From a virus, in the IMG/VR virus record IMGVR_UViG_3300025151_000016: DNA of 64,000 nt; one strand, 5' to 3'. Position 1 is the stretch's first letter. Every line of letters begins with the position of its first letter. A program made the position numbers and the translations under genes. The notes under the pieces were generated by a model that was not told the origin of the DNA, did not search any database, and saw only the letters and a program-made list of their open reading frames with translations. Below, piece after piece: positions 9,593-18,788 of the stretch.

Positions 9593-9889
9593 CTATGTTC
9601 CGTAATCTGATTTGACGCTCTTGCTCATGCTATTAGCATCTGCAGCCGCGCTTTTATATTGTTCATGATCCTTACCATGCTTTTTCAACATTTTAACTGC
9701 ATGTTCATGGTCGCCGTGTGCATTATGATGAGCCATTGATGCATCTTGATGATGATCTCCGGAATCATCCCTAGCGTGGTGATAATCTCTTGCAGTTGCA
9801 TGTCTCTTCATCATAGATTGATGATGCTTCAGCAGTGCCATATCTTCATGAAGACGTAAGTCTTCTCTTAAGTTGTGAAAAGTTTTCAT
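9593..9889 (-). CDS. His-rich putative internal head protein
   Basis: MKTFHNLRE N-terminus; 16 His in 98 aa. Confidence 0.6.
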   Translation of the reverse strand: MKTFHNLREDLRLHEDMALLKHHQSMMKRHATARDYHHARDDSGDHHQDASMAHHNAHGDHEHAVKMLKKHGKDHEQYKSAAADANSMSKSVKSDYGT

Positions 9890-9890
9890 T

Positions 9891-10877
9891 TTAGTTTCCC
9901 CTTTTAGCCGAAAGATAAGCAGCTATAGCCATGTCTCTTCGTTCTTCTTTATCTTTACCTTTAAACTGTGGCGCGTCTGAAGCTTGGAAGTCTTTGATCC
10001 AAGAACCGATACCATCAGAAACTTTTAGTTTTTCGCCAAGATTCTTTTTTAATTTTTCTAAATCTTTTTTCAACTTATCTTTGTTAACAGAACCTGTTGC
10101 CTTTTTACTTAAGCCTGTCTTTGAAACATCTTTCATGCTCATTGAAAGTTCAGCAACTGGTTTTTTCTTTTGCGCCGGCTGTTTTGGCTGATCATGGTGA
10201 TACTCTTTGAATGGACGGTTTATCATCATGTCAGTCTTTTTGTCTGACATAGGTTTCTTTAGTTTTACAACTTTACCATTATTTCTTCTTGCCATATCTT
10301 TTGCATCTCTTTCATGAGATGCAAATCCAATAGCTAATCCTTTTTTATCAACTGCAGCATGAGTATGTTTGACAGCCTCATTGGTTGATTCTTTATGAGA
10401 AGCTTTATACAACTTTACTGCTTGAGCTACATGTTTATCCTTCATAGCTCTTTTTGCCTGCATATGATTTGGATTATCATCAATAAAACGAACTGTAGGC
10501 TCATCTACATTGTGCTTCTTAACATGCTTCTTATACGTATCAAACTTTTTAGGATCTATTGGTTTTCCAAATCTTTTACTCATTGGAGTCATGCTACGAG
10601 ATATTTCATTGACAGATTCTCTTTTAAGTTTACCTAATAAACCGCTGTACTGTCTTCGCTTCAAGCTTCCAGGTGTCATACTAGGTCGCTTGATTCCTGC
10701 AGCTCTTTGAGCTTTACGGTCTTTCTTTTTGTCAGCATCAATATCTGCTTGAGAAGGAGGTGTATATTTTTTCACTTCTCCCTTGATGACTTCTCTATCC
10801 ACTGGAACCATACGGATTTTTGGCTTTCCGTCTGGACCGACGTATCTTTCTGGTTTTCTATCTGCTGACTGTGGCAT
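9891..10877 (-). CDS. Lys-rich modular hypothetical protein, probably virion-internal
   Basis: Basic modules separated by x-x-E sites (ESVNE, ESTNE, NLGE). Confidence 0.6.
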   Translation of the reverse strand: MPQSADRKPERYVGPDGKPKIRMVPVDREVIKGEVKKYTPPSQADIDADKKKDRKAQRAAGIKRPSMTPGSLKRRQYSGLLGKLKRESVNEISRSMTPMSKRFGKPIDPKKFDTYKKHVKKHNVDEPTVRFIDDNPNHMQAKRAMKDKHVAQAVKLYKASHKESTNEAVKHTHAAVDKKGLAIGFASHERDAKDMARRNNGKVVKLKKPMSDKKTDMMINRPFKEYHHDQPKQPAQKKKPVAELSMSMKDVSKTGLSKKATGSVNKDKLKKDLEKLKKNLGEKLKVSDGIGSWIKDFQASDAPQFKGKDKEERRDMAIAAYLSAKRGN

Positions 10878-11132
10878 TTACTTTCCTCTTACTTTCGCGG
10901 CCAGATCTTTGTCTGCCTTTCCCCATGTACCAGATGATTTGGTAACGAATGAATTGACTCTTGCTAAGCCCCATTGTTGTGGAGTAGTACCAGGCCTATG
11001 ACCAGTTCTCCATGCGGCTACGCCTCGATTATAAACTTTACGAAGTATACCCATAGGCATACCAGACTTATCTGCTTTTTTCTTTAATGCCGCTGTGGCA
11101 TTTTCGTTTATGTAAGCTTTAAAGGTAATCAT
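10878..11132 (-). CDS. Putative internal head protein
   Basis: MITFKAYINE N-terminus; VYNRG.AAW...HRPG...QQWG.ARVNSF block. Confidence 0.6.
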   Translation of the reverse strand: MITFKAYINENATAALKKKADKSGMPMGILRKVYNRGVAAWRTGHRPGTTPQQWGLARVNSFVTKSSGTWGKADKDLAAKVRGK

Positions 11133-12514
11133 GCTGTTGCCCTGTTCTTTATTTTTGTATCTGCAGTACGAGCTCTGTCCATCATTCGATCGTGTTTACG
11201 AGCATCAGATGCTTTTTCTCGATCAATCTTCATTTTTGCGATATCTACTTTGCTATCTTTTTCACCAAACATTTGCTTGAACTTTTTCGTATGCTTTGAA
11301 GGTTTAGTTTTTGCAGTCTTGTCACCCGCAGCTGGCTTATACGCTGCTGGATTATCATCATCCATTTTAGATTGTCTTTTAAATTGACGATCTCTTGAAA
11401 CTTTTTGTGCCTTTGACAATCCAGAATGATATGCCTTTGGCTGTGTACCTGGTCGATCTTTAATATCAGAATCTTGTGGTGAACCTTTTTTACGTTCTTT
11501 GTCTTCGATGTTTAGAGTTTTAGGGTAATTCTTGTCCCCTGGTTTTAACTTCCGTTTTCCTGAAGCCCGACGTGCTCTGATATTAGCCCACAAACTTTCA
11601 TTTTGTCCAGGTGTAGCATCTTTCCACTTTTTTGCAGCTTCGGGCGTACCTTCATCAGGATAATCTTTGTACATGCTCTTAGTGTTATCTTCTTCGAGCT
11701 TTGACACTTGGTCTAACCAGCATCTTAACTTTTCAGTTTTTGTTTCTACAATTAAATAGTTTGATCCTAGGTGATGTATCTTACCAACAATACCTTTATC
11801 ATTAATAACAACTTCTTCACCGAGTTCAAATAAGTCATCACGAATATATGCTTCTCTTATATCTGAAACAGATTCTAATTGAACATGATTCTTGAATTCT
11901 CTTTTTTCCTTTAAACCCATACCTTTACGTACGTCATTAAATAAACGTTTAGCATCGGTATTGCTCATTGCCTTTGGTAAACCTTGAGCAAACTGTGTAA
12001 AGTCATTGTTAGAAGCATGACCACGCTGCTTTGTACCAGATGCGCCTTCGGCACCTTTGGCATCAGGATCTCTTTGGCCTGCTGATACTAACTTGACGCC
12101 ACCATCGAAGTTAAAGAATCCATGGCCACCTTTTTTACCATTGTACTTATTGAGTCGTAAATCATATTCTTTTACACGATCAGATCCAGCAACCATTATA
12201 ACTTTACGAAAACCCTCATCATATAATGCAGATAAAGCATGGAAAGGTGTTATGACTTTTTTGTTTATCATAATCTGTCGGCCATGCTTTGGAAACATTT
12301 TACGAACATATTTAACTTTATCTTTATATGCTAAAGGATTTTCTTTTTCATCATTTGATTGCGATAAGAATACTCGATAAGGATTTCTACCAGCTGCAGC
12401 GGCAAGTTTATCTAGCAATTTGCCATGACCAATAGTAGGAGGATTCATTCTACCAAAGGTAAAATAAACAATTCTTTCTTCTTCAACTAGAAATTTGCTA
12501 AATGAATTAATCAT
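11129..12514 (-). CDS. HxGH-type nucleotidyl(cytidylyl)transferase with long C-terminal extension
   Basis: FTFGRMNPPTIGH, VAGSDRV, SAGQRDPD, SGTKQR motifs. Confidence 0.8.
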   Translation of the reverse strand: MINSFSKFLVEEERIVYFTFGRMNPPTIGHGKLLDKLAAAAGRNPYRVFLSQSNDEKENPLAYKDKVKYVRKMFPKHGRQIMINKKVITPFHALSALYDEGFRKVIMVAGSDRVKEYDLRLNKYNGKKGGHGFFNFDGGVKLVSAGQRDPDAKGAEGASGTKQRGHASNNDFTQFAQGLPKAMSNTDAKRLFNDVRKGMGLKEKREFKNHVQLESVSDIREAYIRDDLFELGEEVVINDKGIVGKIHHLGSNYLIVETKTEKLRCWLDQVSKLEEDNTKSMYKDYPDEGTPEAAKKWKDATPGQNESLWANIRARRASGKRKLKPGDKNYPKTLNIEDKERKKGSPQDSDIKDRPGTQPKAYHSGLSKAQKVSRDRQFKRQSKMDDDNPAAYKPAAGDKTAKTKPSKHTKKFKQMFGEKDSKVDIAKMKIDREKASDARKHDRMMDRARTADTKIKNRATA

Positions 12515-13005
12515 TATGTAGACTTGCTCCCACGTTTCTTTTCCATCTCAGCTTTACGAGTCTTTGGTAAAAGCTTCTTAGCAAGTCTATCTATCTTTTT
12601 CTTCATAGCAGGTTTTTCGAGACGTTTTTCAATCTCTTGCCTACGAGCAAAAGTTAAGTCTGCTTTCGGAATATCTTTTGAGATCTTCTTAAACACTAAC
12701 ATTCGAGCAGCTTTACGTGCTCTACTCTTTAATTTTTCTGGGGATGCAAACCTACGCTTGGCTCTTTCACGTCCCATCTTAATACGTGACTTATAGCGTT
12801 TAAGTAAACGAGCTCGAGCTCTACGCTGTTGCATAGTAAGAGCTTCATCTACTTCTTCATCTGATTTAGGTGGATTAGTCGACGCGTAGTCTGGTCGATA
12901 CTTGCGCTTCTTTGCGTTCTTTTTAATTTGATCTGGCATGCCTGGGGCATAGTCTACAGTCAAAAAATCTTTGAAACCTAGTTTCTTATCCATTTTATCT
13001 GGCAT
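12514..13005 (-). CDS. Highly basic hypothetical protein
   Basis: R/K-rich helical segment after DEALT. Confidence 0.65.
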   Translation of the reverse strand: MPDKMDKKLGFKDFLTVDYAPGMPDQIKKNAKKRKYRPDYASTNPPKSDEEVDEALTMQQRRARARLLKRYKSRIKMGRERAKRRFASPEKLKSRARKAARMLVFKKISKDIPKADLTFARRQEIEKRLEKPAMKKKIDRLAKKLLPKTRKAEMEKKRGSKST

Positions 13006-14235
13006 TTAATTTCTTCCCGGTTTATCCCATCCCTTTAATATATCAGGCGAAAAGTTGTTGTAGGAGAATTCCATCCTGTCAACGATCTTTACCGCGTCAC
13101 CACCAAGTTTGTCAATAGCAACGTAACCTTCTTCTCCGGTTACCTTATATCCATTACGAGTCTTAACAAAAGTTTTAACTTTAGCAAGTTTGTTAAGAGT
13201 ATTTATAAGTTTTAATTTTGCAAGAACTATAACTTTTTGCAATTCAAACATATTTATGAGAGATTGTTTGTTTTTTTCACTAAAGAATGATAAAATATTA
13301 TCTAATTTTTGTCGCTGAGTTGCTTTTCCTCTTTCAGATTTTCTCTTAGCAATTTCTTTTGCGTACTTAAGTCGTATCCACCTAACGAGTTTATCGGCAT
13401 GTCCTCTTGAATCTCCAGGGACTTGTCCCTTTCTGACATACTTATTATTGAATTGCTCAATGAGGCGCGGTAACTCGTCCGATTTCTCGAGCGTCCTAAG
13501 TGTGGATCCTGCGATTTGGTTAAAGAGTTTACCAGCTTGCGATAGATATTCATTCACTTTCTCCGTATCTTTTTTATTCATAGTAACATTTGTCATATCT
13601 CTAAGCATTGCATCTTGCGACCAAACACCTTTAGACTTATTTAATTTAGAAACATTTACACCATATGAAGCTTTCATGGTTTCAAATGTTTTACCTGTAT
13701 ATGTGGTATGCCAAACAATTCCAATCTTAGATTTCTTAATCTCCGCAGCAGCGGCTGAATTACTTGGCACAGCATATACAATGGTATTAGGATGAAACGT
13801 AATATAAGATTCACCGTCTATCTTTTTAGTTGTTACATCGCCTGGTCCATATAAGAAGTCACCTTGTACGACACCTTTTATGCCTAGAGCAGGAAGTTCT
13901 CGCAAAGCTATGTTAAGCTTATCAGCAAGATCGCCAGAAGTATCAGCATCCACATCGCTGGCAGTTTTATATACTTTTGGATTCTTATTAAAGATTCCTT
14001 TCTTAGCGACAAAAAACTTTCCATCAGATGGATCAATACCAGCAAAGATAGCAGGAGCGCCATCCCACTTGACAGATACACTACCATCATGAGATCCTTT
14101 CAGCATGTTTCTTAATTCTCGTAAAGCATTAATAGCTTCCCTTGTTCCGTTCACACCACCGTAAAGTACTTTATCCTCTATATGAGTCATATGAGTATTT
14201 TTTTGTTCTGTTATATATGAGCTAAAATTTTCCAT
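13006..14235 (-). CDS. Ligase-like covalent nucleotidyltransferase fold protein (DUF6267-like)
   Basis: H.THIED, SVKWDGAPA (KxDG motif I), QGDF, EGYV, K.VDR.EFS. Confidence 0.6.
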   Translation of the reverse strand: MENFSSYITEQKNTHMTHIEDKVLYGGVNGTREAINALRELRNMLKGSHDGSVSVKWDGAPAIFAGIDPSDGKFFVAKKGIFNKNPKVYKTASDVDADTSGDLADKLNIALRELPALGIKGVVQGDFLYGPGDVTTKKIDGESYITFHPNTIVYAVPSNSAAAAEIKKSKIGIVWHTTYTGKTFETMKASYGVNVSKLNKSKGVWSQDAMLRDMTNVTMNKKDTEKVNEYLSQAGKLFNQIAGSTLRTLEKSDELPRLIEQFNNKYVRKGQVPGDSRGHADKLVRWIRLKYAKEIAKRKSERGKATQRQKLDNILSFFSEKNKQSLINMFELQKVIVLAKLKLINTLNKLAKVKTFVKTRNGYKVTGEEGYVAIDKLGGDAVKIVDRMEFSYNNFSPDILKGWDKPGRN

Positions 14236-14241
14236 ATGTAT

Positions 14242-14270
14242 ATTATATTCCATTTAAAGAAGAAAGTAAA
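14242..14270 (-). promoter_or_regulatory. Sigma70-type promoter giving a probably leaderless mRNA
   Basis: TTTACT-N17-TATAAT, 6 nt before ATG at 14235. Confidence 0.7.
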
Positions 14271-14273
14271 TCA

Positions 14274-15338
14274 TTATTTATATTTAAAATCACACATTAG
14301 ACGAGTAGGATAACCATCACCGCCTTGTGTATCTCTTAAGTTCAATTTAAAAACGTATGTTGAGGATTGCATTTCTATATCTATACGTTTACCTTTACCA
14401 CCTTTTCCTCCATAATAAACAACAGGAGCTGTTACTGTGGCTGCAGTTTGCATAGCACTTTGAGTCATTTCTTTTGACAATATCTTGCCACTTAATTTAT
14501 GTATGATATGATAATTGAAACCAATACCAGATTGAAGTAGATGACTTAATCCTACTTTACTAAACTTTGGACTCTTATCGACTTTTCCAGAACTCGTACC
14601 GTTGAATACATTACAGAACTCTTCTTCGTTAATACCAAATAATTTCAAGAGCTTTTTCCCGTTTGGATTTACAATCTTTTCTGCCTGTATTTCTTTCTTA
14701 GTAAGAATAGTTTTGACACCAACATTAAAGAACGTAGTAGTGCCACCAAGTTTTAGACTAAGATATATTGGACCTTGATCAATAGTAACTGTAATATCAG
14801 TTACAGATTTACCTACATCGAATCCTTTTCCTTTTGGATTAGTAAGTTGGATCTTCGGAGAGAACACGAGAGGACGGCGAGTATTTTCACCACCTACAAC
14901 ATCCACTTTAAACTCTTTTGATTCCGACATTTCATACGTCTTATCAAGGTGTTCAATCGCAGCTGACATGTTTCTATCTTTCACAGCATCACCAGCCCAC
15001 CAAGCTAAAAGTGCATCAGCAAACTGTGGTTCAAATAAGTTACCACGGTTGTTAGCACCACGATTACCAGAGGATCCATTGCCAAACTTTATTTTTACTT
15101 TTGATAAGTCTGCTTTAGCTTTTATATCTGCAATAGTCATATCGTCTTGCAACTGGCGAGTTACATTAACAGCGCCTTTCTTTGCTGGATCAATATTAAT
15201 CGGTGTCGGTGCTTTTGATTTTAAGATAGCAAAAAGTCTCTTGATCTCTTTTAGATTTTCCTCAGGGAAATCTTTGAGTTCAGAGTCTATCTCTTGCGTT
15301 GATTTTGGAAAGAATGTATAGGCCACACTAAACCCCAT
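14274..15338 (-). CDS. PD-(D/E)XK-like nuclease
   Basis: G..FE...TDITV....IYLSLK motif arrangement. Confidence 0.55.
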   Translation of the reverse strand: MGFSVAYTFFPKSTQEIDSELKDFPEENLKEIKRLFAILKSKAPTPINIDPAKKGAVNVTRQLQDDMTIADIKAKADLSKVKIKFGNGSSGNRGANNRGNLFEPQFADALLAWWAGDAVKDRNMSAAIEHLDKTYEMSESKEFKVDVVGGENTRRPLVFSPKIQLTNPKGKGFDVGKSVTDITVTIDQGPIYLSLKLGGTTTFFNVGVKTILTKKEIQAEKIVNPNGKKLLKLFGINEEEFCNVFNGTSSGKVDKSPKFSKVGLSHLLQSGIGFNYHIIHKLSGKILSKEMTQSAMQTAATVTAPVVYYGGKGGKGKRIDIEMQSSTYVFKLNLRDTQGGDGYPTRLMCDFKYK

Positions 15339-15356
15339 TGAATTAACAGTTGGTAC

Positions 15357-15364
15357 TATTTATA
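15357..15364 (-). promoter_or_regulatory. T4 late promoter
   Basis: TATAAATA upstream of 15338. Confidence 0.75.
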
Positions 15365-15367
15365 ATA

Positions 15368-15391
15368 AAAATAAAAGGGGCCGTAGCCCCC
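15368..15391 (-). terminator. Rho-independent terminator
   Basis: GGGGC-TACG-GCCCC followed by T-run. Confidence 0.8.
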
Positions 15392-15586
15392 TCATTTTAG
15401 TTCTATGTAAGTTTTCCGGCCTTTCCGGACCAGGTGATATTGATATTGTTCGAATCCACTATCAACTAAGTCTTGGTTGAGGCTATTGACCATCTTCTCT
15501 ACATTCTGTAGTTCTACAATATCCTCAGGTGAATTTTTAAATGTGCCAATTAGTTGAGGTTCTTTTTCACTTACTACTATTCCCAT
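15392..15586 (-). CDS. Hypothetical protein
   Basis: RBS GAGG before MGIVVSE. Confidence 0.6.
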   Translation of the reverse strand: MGIVVSEKEPQLIGTFKNSPEDIVELQNVEKMVNSLNQDLVDSGFEQYQYHLVRKGRKTYIELK

Positions 15587-15839
15587 TATCACTTTTCCTC
15601 TCAAATTGCTTAACCAGTGGTTGAGCAAGAAAGAAGTCACCATAGACTTCTTCTAAATAATCTAATACTATACATATTTCCAGAGCATTATCAAAGAATG
15701 TTTTTGCGCATAAGTCATAGTAAAACGTTTCATCAAGCTGTCCATAACAATGAGTCATGGTGTAATGATGGAGAGCATCGATAACCATGCTTTCAGGAAA
15801 CTCATATTGTTCTAATTGCTTTTGCACAATGCTCTCCAT
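15567..15839 (-). CDS. Hypothetical protein
   Basis: 90-aa ORF. Confidence 0.55.
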   Translation of the reverse strand: MESIVQKQLEQYEFPESMVIDALHHYTMTHCYGQLDETFYYDLCAKTFFDNALEICIVLDYLEEVYGDFFLAQPLVKQFERKSDNGNSSK

Positions 15840-15846
15840 ATTTTAG

Positions 15847-15948
15847 CTATTTATTCTTCTGAACTCTACGCTTTCGTGCAGCCTTTCTTTTACCTGATCC
15901 TTTCTTACGACGGCCTGGGCGTGGTCTGTTCTTATGAGGCCAAGGCAT
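15847..15948 (-). CDS. 33-aa very basic peptide (not in ORF track)
   Basis: MPWPHKNRPRPGRRKKGSGKRKAARKRRVQKNK; TAATG overlap with upstream gene. Confidence 0.7.
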   Translation of the reverse strand: MPWPHKNRPRPGRRKKGSGKRKAARKRRVQKNK

Positions 15949-16145
15949 TAATTATCCCTTAGTCTTTGAATTTCATAATCAGACTTAGCTTTGTCATATG
16001 CTAAGTAAAAAGCTATGAGCACAGCGGGTAACATAACAAAGTAAGTGCTATATTCCATAAGCTCAACTGTAACTAAAACAACGCCCAAACCGACACCGGT
16101 AAAGAATGAAATTTGAGCTAGGTTTTTCAAAAATAATGATAACAT
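15948..16145 (-). CDS. Small membrane protein
   Basis: Two hydrophobic segments; AAGGAG RBS. Confidence 0.65.
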   Translation of the reverse strand: MLSLFLKNLAQISFFTGVGLGVVLVTVELMEYSTYFVMLPAVLIAFYLAYDKAKSDYEIQRLRDN

Positions 16146-16156
16146 ATTAATTCTCC

Positions 16157-17122
16157 TTAAGAGGCAGTAGCGTATTCTACTGCCTTGTTAGCTGCTTTGA
16201 TTTTACGAGATTGATTGACACCGAACCACGCTGATTGCATACGTGTATCTGCATTACGACCAAGCTTGTGGTCTGTTAGATACGTGACAGAATTAAGAGC
16301 CTGCCACCATGTGCCTTCACCGAAGTTTGCACCAGGTTGAGTTTCAAGAACTTCATAAGCATCGCGTGCTGTTTTAGAAAGATCTTTAACAGTTTTAACT
16401 TCTGATTCCTTATGTGTATAAGGAAACACGTCATTGTAAAACTGAACCAATGACTCTGCTGTGAACCTACGAGTTGACAAAAACTCAGCCATTTCTTTGT
16501 ACTGTGAGAATTTGTCATGAGCAATGCCAAGTGTTTCTTTTACTTGATCAGCATCGAATACTGAACGGTGGTTTAACTTGACAAAATTCTTTGAAGCTGA
16601 GTTCAATGAGAAAGTAAGAGTGTTGCTACATACAACACGGATAGGAGTAAAACGAACATCAATCGCTTTACCATATTGGTGAGGATTGCTAAACAATAAG
16701 TAAGAGTCAACTTGGTCTTCGCCAAGGATTGTGAAGGAGTCTTTTACTTTTGCTAGAGCAAATACATTGCTGCCACCTTTCAAAGATCCGGCTGTATTCA
16801 TTTCCATATCGCCTGCAAGGACGTACTCAGAAAAGAACTCGAAAGCTTCGGAGTTTTGAACGGGGTTCCAATCCCCACCAACATTAGTTAAGATTTTGTT
16901 ATCTGATGAGCGAACCAAAGACTGTTGACCAGTAGGAATACGCTCTCCGTCTACTTCAATGAATGAATCGACTTTTTCTACTGACCAATCAAGACCAGCT
17001 TTTCTCATCATTTGCGCAGGAGTAAGATCGTTTGAGACTTCTACACCAAGACCATGCCAAGGCTTATCACCTGCATATGCCATTTGTGCTACGCCATCGA
17101 TCATTTCAACTTCATGTGCCAT
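16157..17122 (-). CDS. DUF932 / phage-plasmid protein (TIGR03299-like)
   Basis: MAHEVE...PWHGLG...AGLDW.V, TAGSL.GG, TPIRVVC.NTL, GTWW.A.N.VT. Confidence 0.9.
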   Translation of the reverse strand: MAHEVEMIDGVAQMAYAGDKPWHGLGVEVSNDLTPAQMMRKAGLDWSVEKVDSFIEVDGERIPTGQQSLVRSSDNKILTNVGGDWNPVQNSEAFEFFSEYVLAGDMEMNTAGSLKGGSNVFALAKVKDSFTILGEDQVDSYLLFSNPHQYGKAIDVRFTPIRVVCSNTLTFSLNSASKNFVKLNHRSVFDADQVKETLGIAHDKFSQYKEMAEFLSTRRFTAESLVQFYNDVFPYTHKESEVKTVKDLSKTARDAYEVLETQPGANFGEGTWWQALNSVTYLTDHKLGRNADTRMQSAWFGVNQSRKIKAANKAVEYATAS

Positions 17123-17153
17123 AATATATTTTCCTTTTCATTTTAATAATAAT

Positions 17154-17182
17154 ATAATACCATATTTCGTATTGATTGTAAA
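17154..17182 (-). promoter_or_regulatory. Sigma70-type early promoter
   Basis: TTTACA-N17-TATTAT with TG extension. Confidence 0.75.
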
Positions 17183-17211
17183 CCCCTAAAATGCATTTTT
17201 TGCATTTTTTT

Positions 17212-17559
17212 TTATCGCCTCATACTTGCAGCATCAACTGCAGCTTGCTTATTATCTTTACGTACTGGCATTAAGTTTGATTTATGAGTAACAACTATGC
17301 CAGCTATTTCATTACCTGTATATTTGACGGCATCTTTCTTTGTGCCATTTGAACAAATATTATCCGATGTAACACGAGGACCACAACTTAAATCAGGCAA
17401 TTGATTTTTATGTTTAGCTGTTGACTTACCTACACCTAACTGTTTTAAGAACTTTTCGTGTTCTGCTTCAGCTTTCCTAAGCTTTTTAGATTTATGCCCA
17501 GGCTTACGGCGCTTACCAGTGCCGTGAACCTGAACTCCTCTAATCATATGCATTGACAT
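17212..17559 (-). CDS. Hypothetical protein
   Basis: YTG..I.GI...HKSNL.PV block. Confidence 0.7.
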   Translation of the reverse strand: MSMHMIRGVQVHGTGKRRKPGHKSKKLRKAEAEHEKFLKQLGVGKSTAKHKNQLPDLSCGPRVTSDNICSNGTKKDAVKYTGNEIAGIVVTHKSNLMPVRKDNKQAAVDAASMRR

Positions 17560-17903
17560 TAAGCACGACTCCTTTGAAATTTTGACATGATATTATCATA
17601 CCATTCAGGATTTTTATTTTTAAGGATATTGAGTGGAGCGCTGTCAAGGCAATCTTTACTACGAGCTTCAGCATACTCTTCAACAGTATGAGATTTGATT
17701 AGTTCGGTTAAGAATTTAGCTTTAGTAAAAGGACCTTTATACTTGAAGCGAGCAATGAAAAGTTCCATTGGCATACCGATACGTGAAGGATGAATATTAT
17801 CCTTGCCATACACTTCATCATATGTTGGCTGGCCTTTATATGGTCCTTTATATTCTAAGTAGCCGCCATGATATGTGAAGTTTTTTCTGATAAACTTAGT
17901 CAT
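17559..17903 (-). CDS. Hypothetical early protein
   Basis: 114-aa ORF with RBS, downstream of an early promoter. Confidence 0.7.
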   Translation of the reverse strand: MTKFIRKNFTYHGGYLEYKGPYKGQPTYDEVYGKDNIHPSRIGMPMELFIARFKYKGPFTKAKFLTELIKSHTVEEYAEARSKDCLDSAPLNILKNKNPEWYDNIMSKFQRSRA

Positions 17904-17931
17904 TACAATCTCCTTAACATTTGATATAACT

Positions 17932-17960
17932 ATTCTACCACAGTTAAAACCAAATGTAAA
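17932..17960 (-). promoter_or_regulatory. Sigma70-type early promoter
   Basis: TTTACA-N17-TAGAAT; 32 bp identical to 31104-31135. Confidence 0.85.
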
Positions 17961-17997
17961 GGAAAAAGTTTACTTTAAAAACAAATATTTGTGATTT

Positions 17998-18183
17998 TTA
18001 TTTCTTGTCCATATTGTATGGCCAAGTGCCTGTTGGCATCCATGTTTTACTATTAGACCATGCGTGTTCTAACATGGAAAAACGTGACCAACTGCCGCCT
18101 TGTTTATTTAAAAATTTTATCCAGGCAATAAAGTTTCTAATTCTATTCATCTTCTTCATCTTTAGATTTATATGCCCATTCAT
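17998..18183 (-). CDS. Hypothetical protein
   Basis: Short ORF overlapping upstream gene; start uncertain. Confidence 0.5.
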   Translation of the reverse strand: MNGHINLKMKKMNRIRNFIAWIKFLNKQGGSWSRFSMLEHAWSNSKTWMPTGTWPYNMDKK

Positions 18184-18784
18184 CAGTATGTCCTACTGAC
18201 CATTTTGGCTCATCTTCTACACAGTAATTCTGAGTACAAACTTTAAAATCTGGTGTTTTTAATTTATCTGGTGTCAAAGAACTATCTCGCCATATGATTC
18301 TATTGTTTGGCTGTGCTGCAAATTGACCATTATCTAAACGTAAAACATTGAATGATTTGTGCTCAGGATCGTGCTCACTAAAATTAGTGTCAAGGACAGA
18401 TATATCGCGATGACAATTGTCTATTGTAAATTCATATTCTCCACCGTGCATTTTTTTATCTTTACCGAAAAACTCAGCTCTACATAAAATTGGTTTTTCT
18501 ATGACAGTAAGATCATAATCAAAACAATCCCAAAGCTGGAGAGTGTCAAGCGGCAGAAGTTCGCCGTGATCAGTCTTCCAAACAAAAGCTGAGATAGGAA
18601 GTTTGTCAAACAATGCGCCGTATTCTGTCAATAGTGTTTCAAAATATAATGCTTTGTATTTTGTAGACTTAACACTAATCCATATACCGGGTGTAAATTC
18701 GCCATGCCCATGTTCGAGATCATAGAGATACTCTTTTCGAACATAGACATGGACTGGGGGGAGCGGATGTATTAAAAATGCCAT
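18143..18784 (-). CDS. Conserved hypothetical protein
   Basis: VYVRKEYLYD...LQLWDCF...EHK...NGQFAAQPNNR. Confidence 0.75.
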   Translation of the reverse strand: MAFLIHPLPPVHVYVRKEYLYDLEHGHGEFTPGIWISVKSTKYKALYFETLLTEYGALFDKLPISAFVWKTDHGELLPLDTLQLWDCFDYDLTVIEKPILCRAEFFGKDKKMHGGEYEFTIDNCHRDISVLDTNFSEHDPEHKSFNVLRLDNGQFAAQPNNRIIWRDSSLTPDKLKTPDFKVCTQNYCVEDEPKWSVGHTDEWAYKSKDEEDE

Positions 18785-18788
18785 GATA

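Noticed and set aside
15440-15465. GTTCGAATCC tRNA T-loop-like sequence
   Set aside because: Lies inside a CDS with no cloverleaf; I found no tRNA genes by eye
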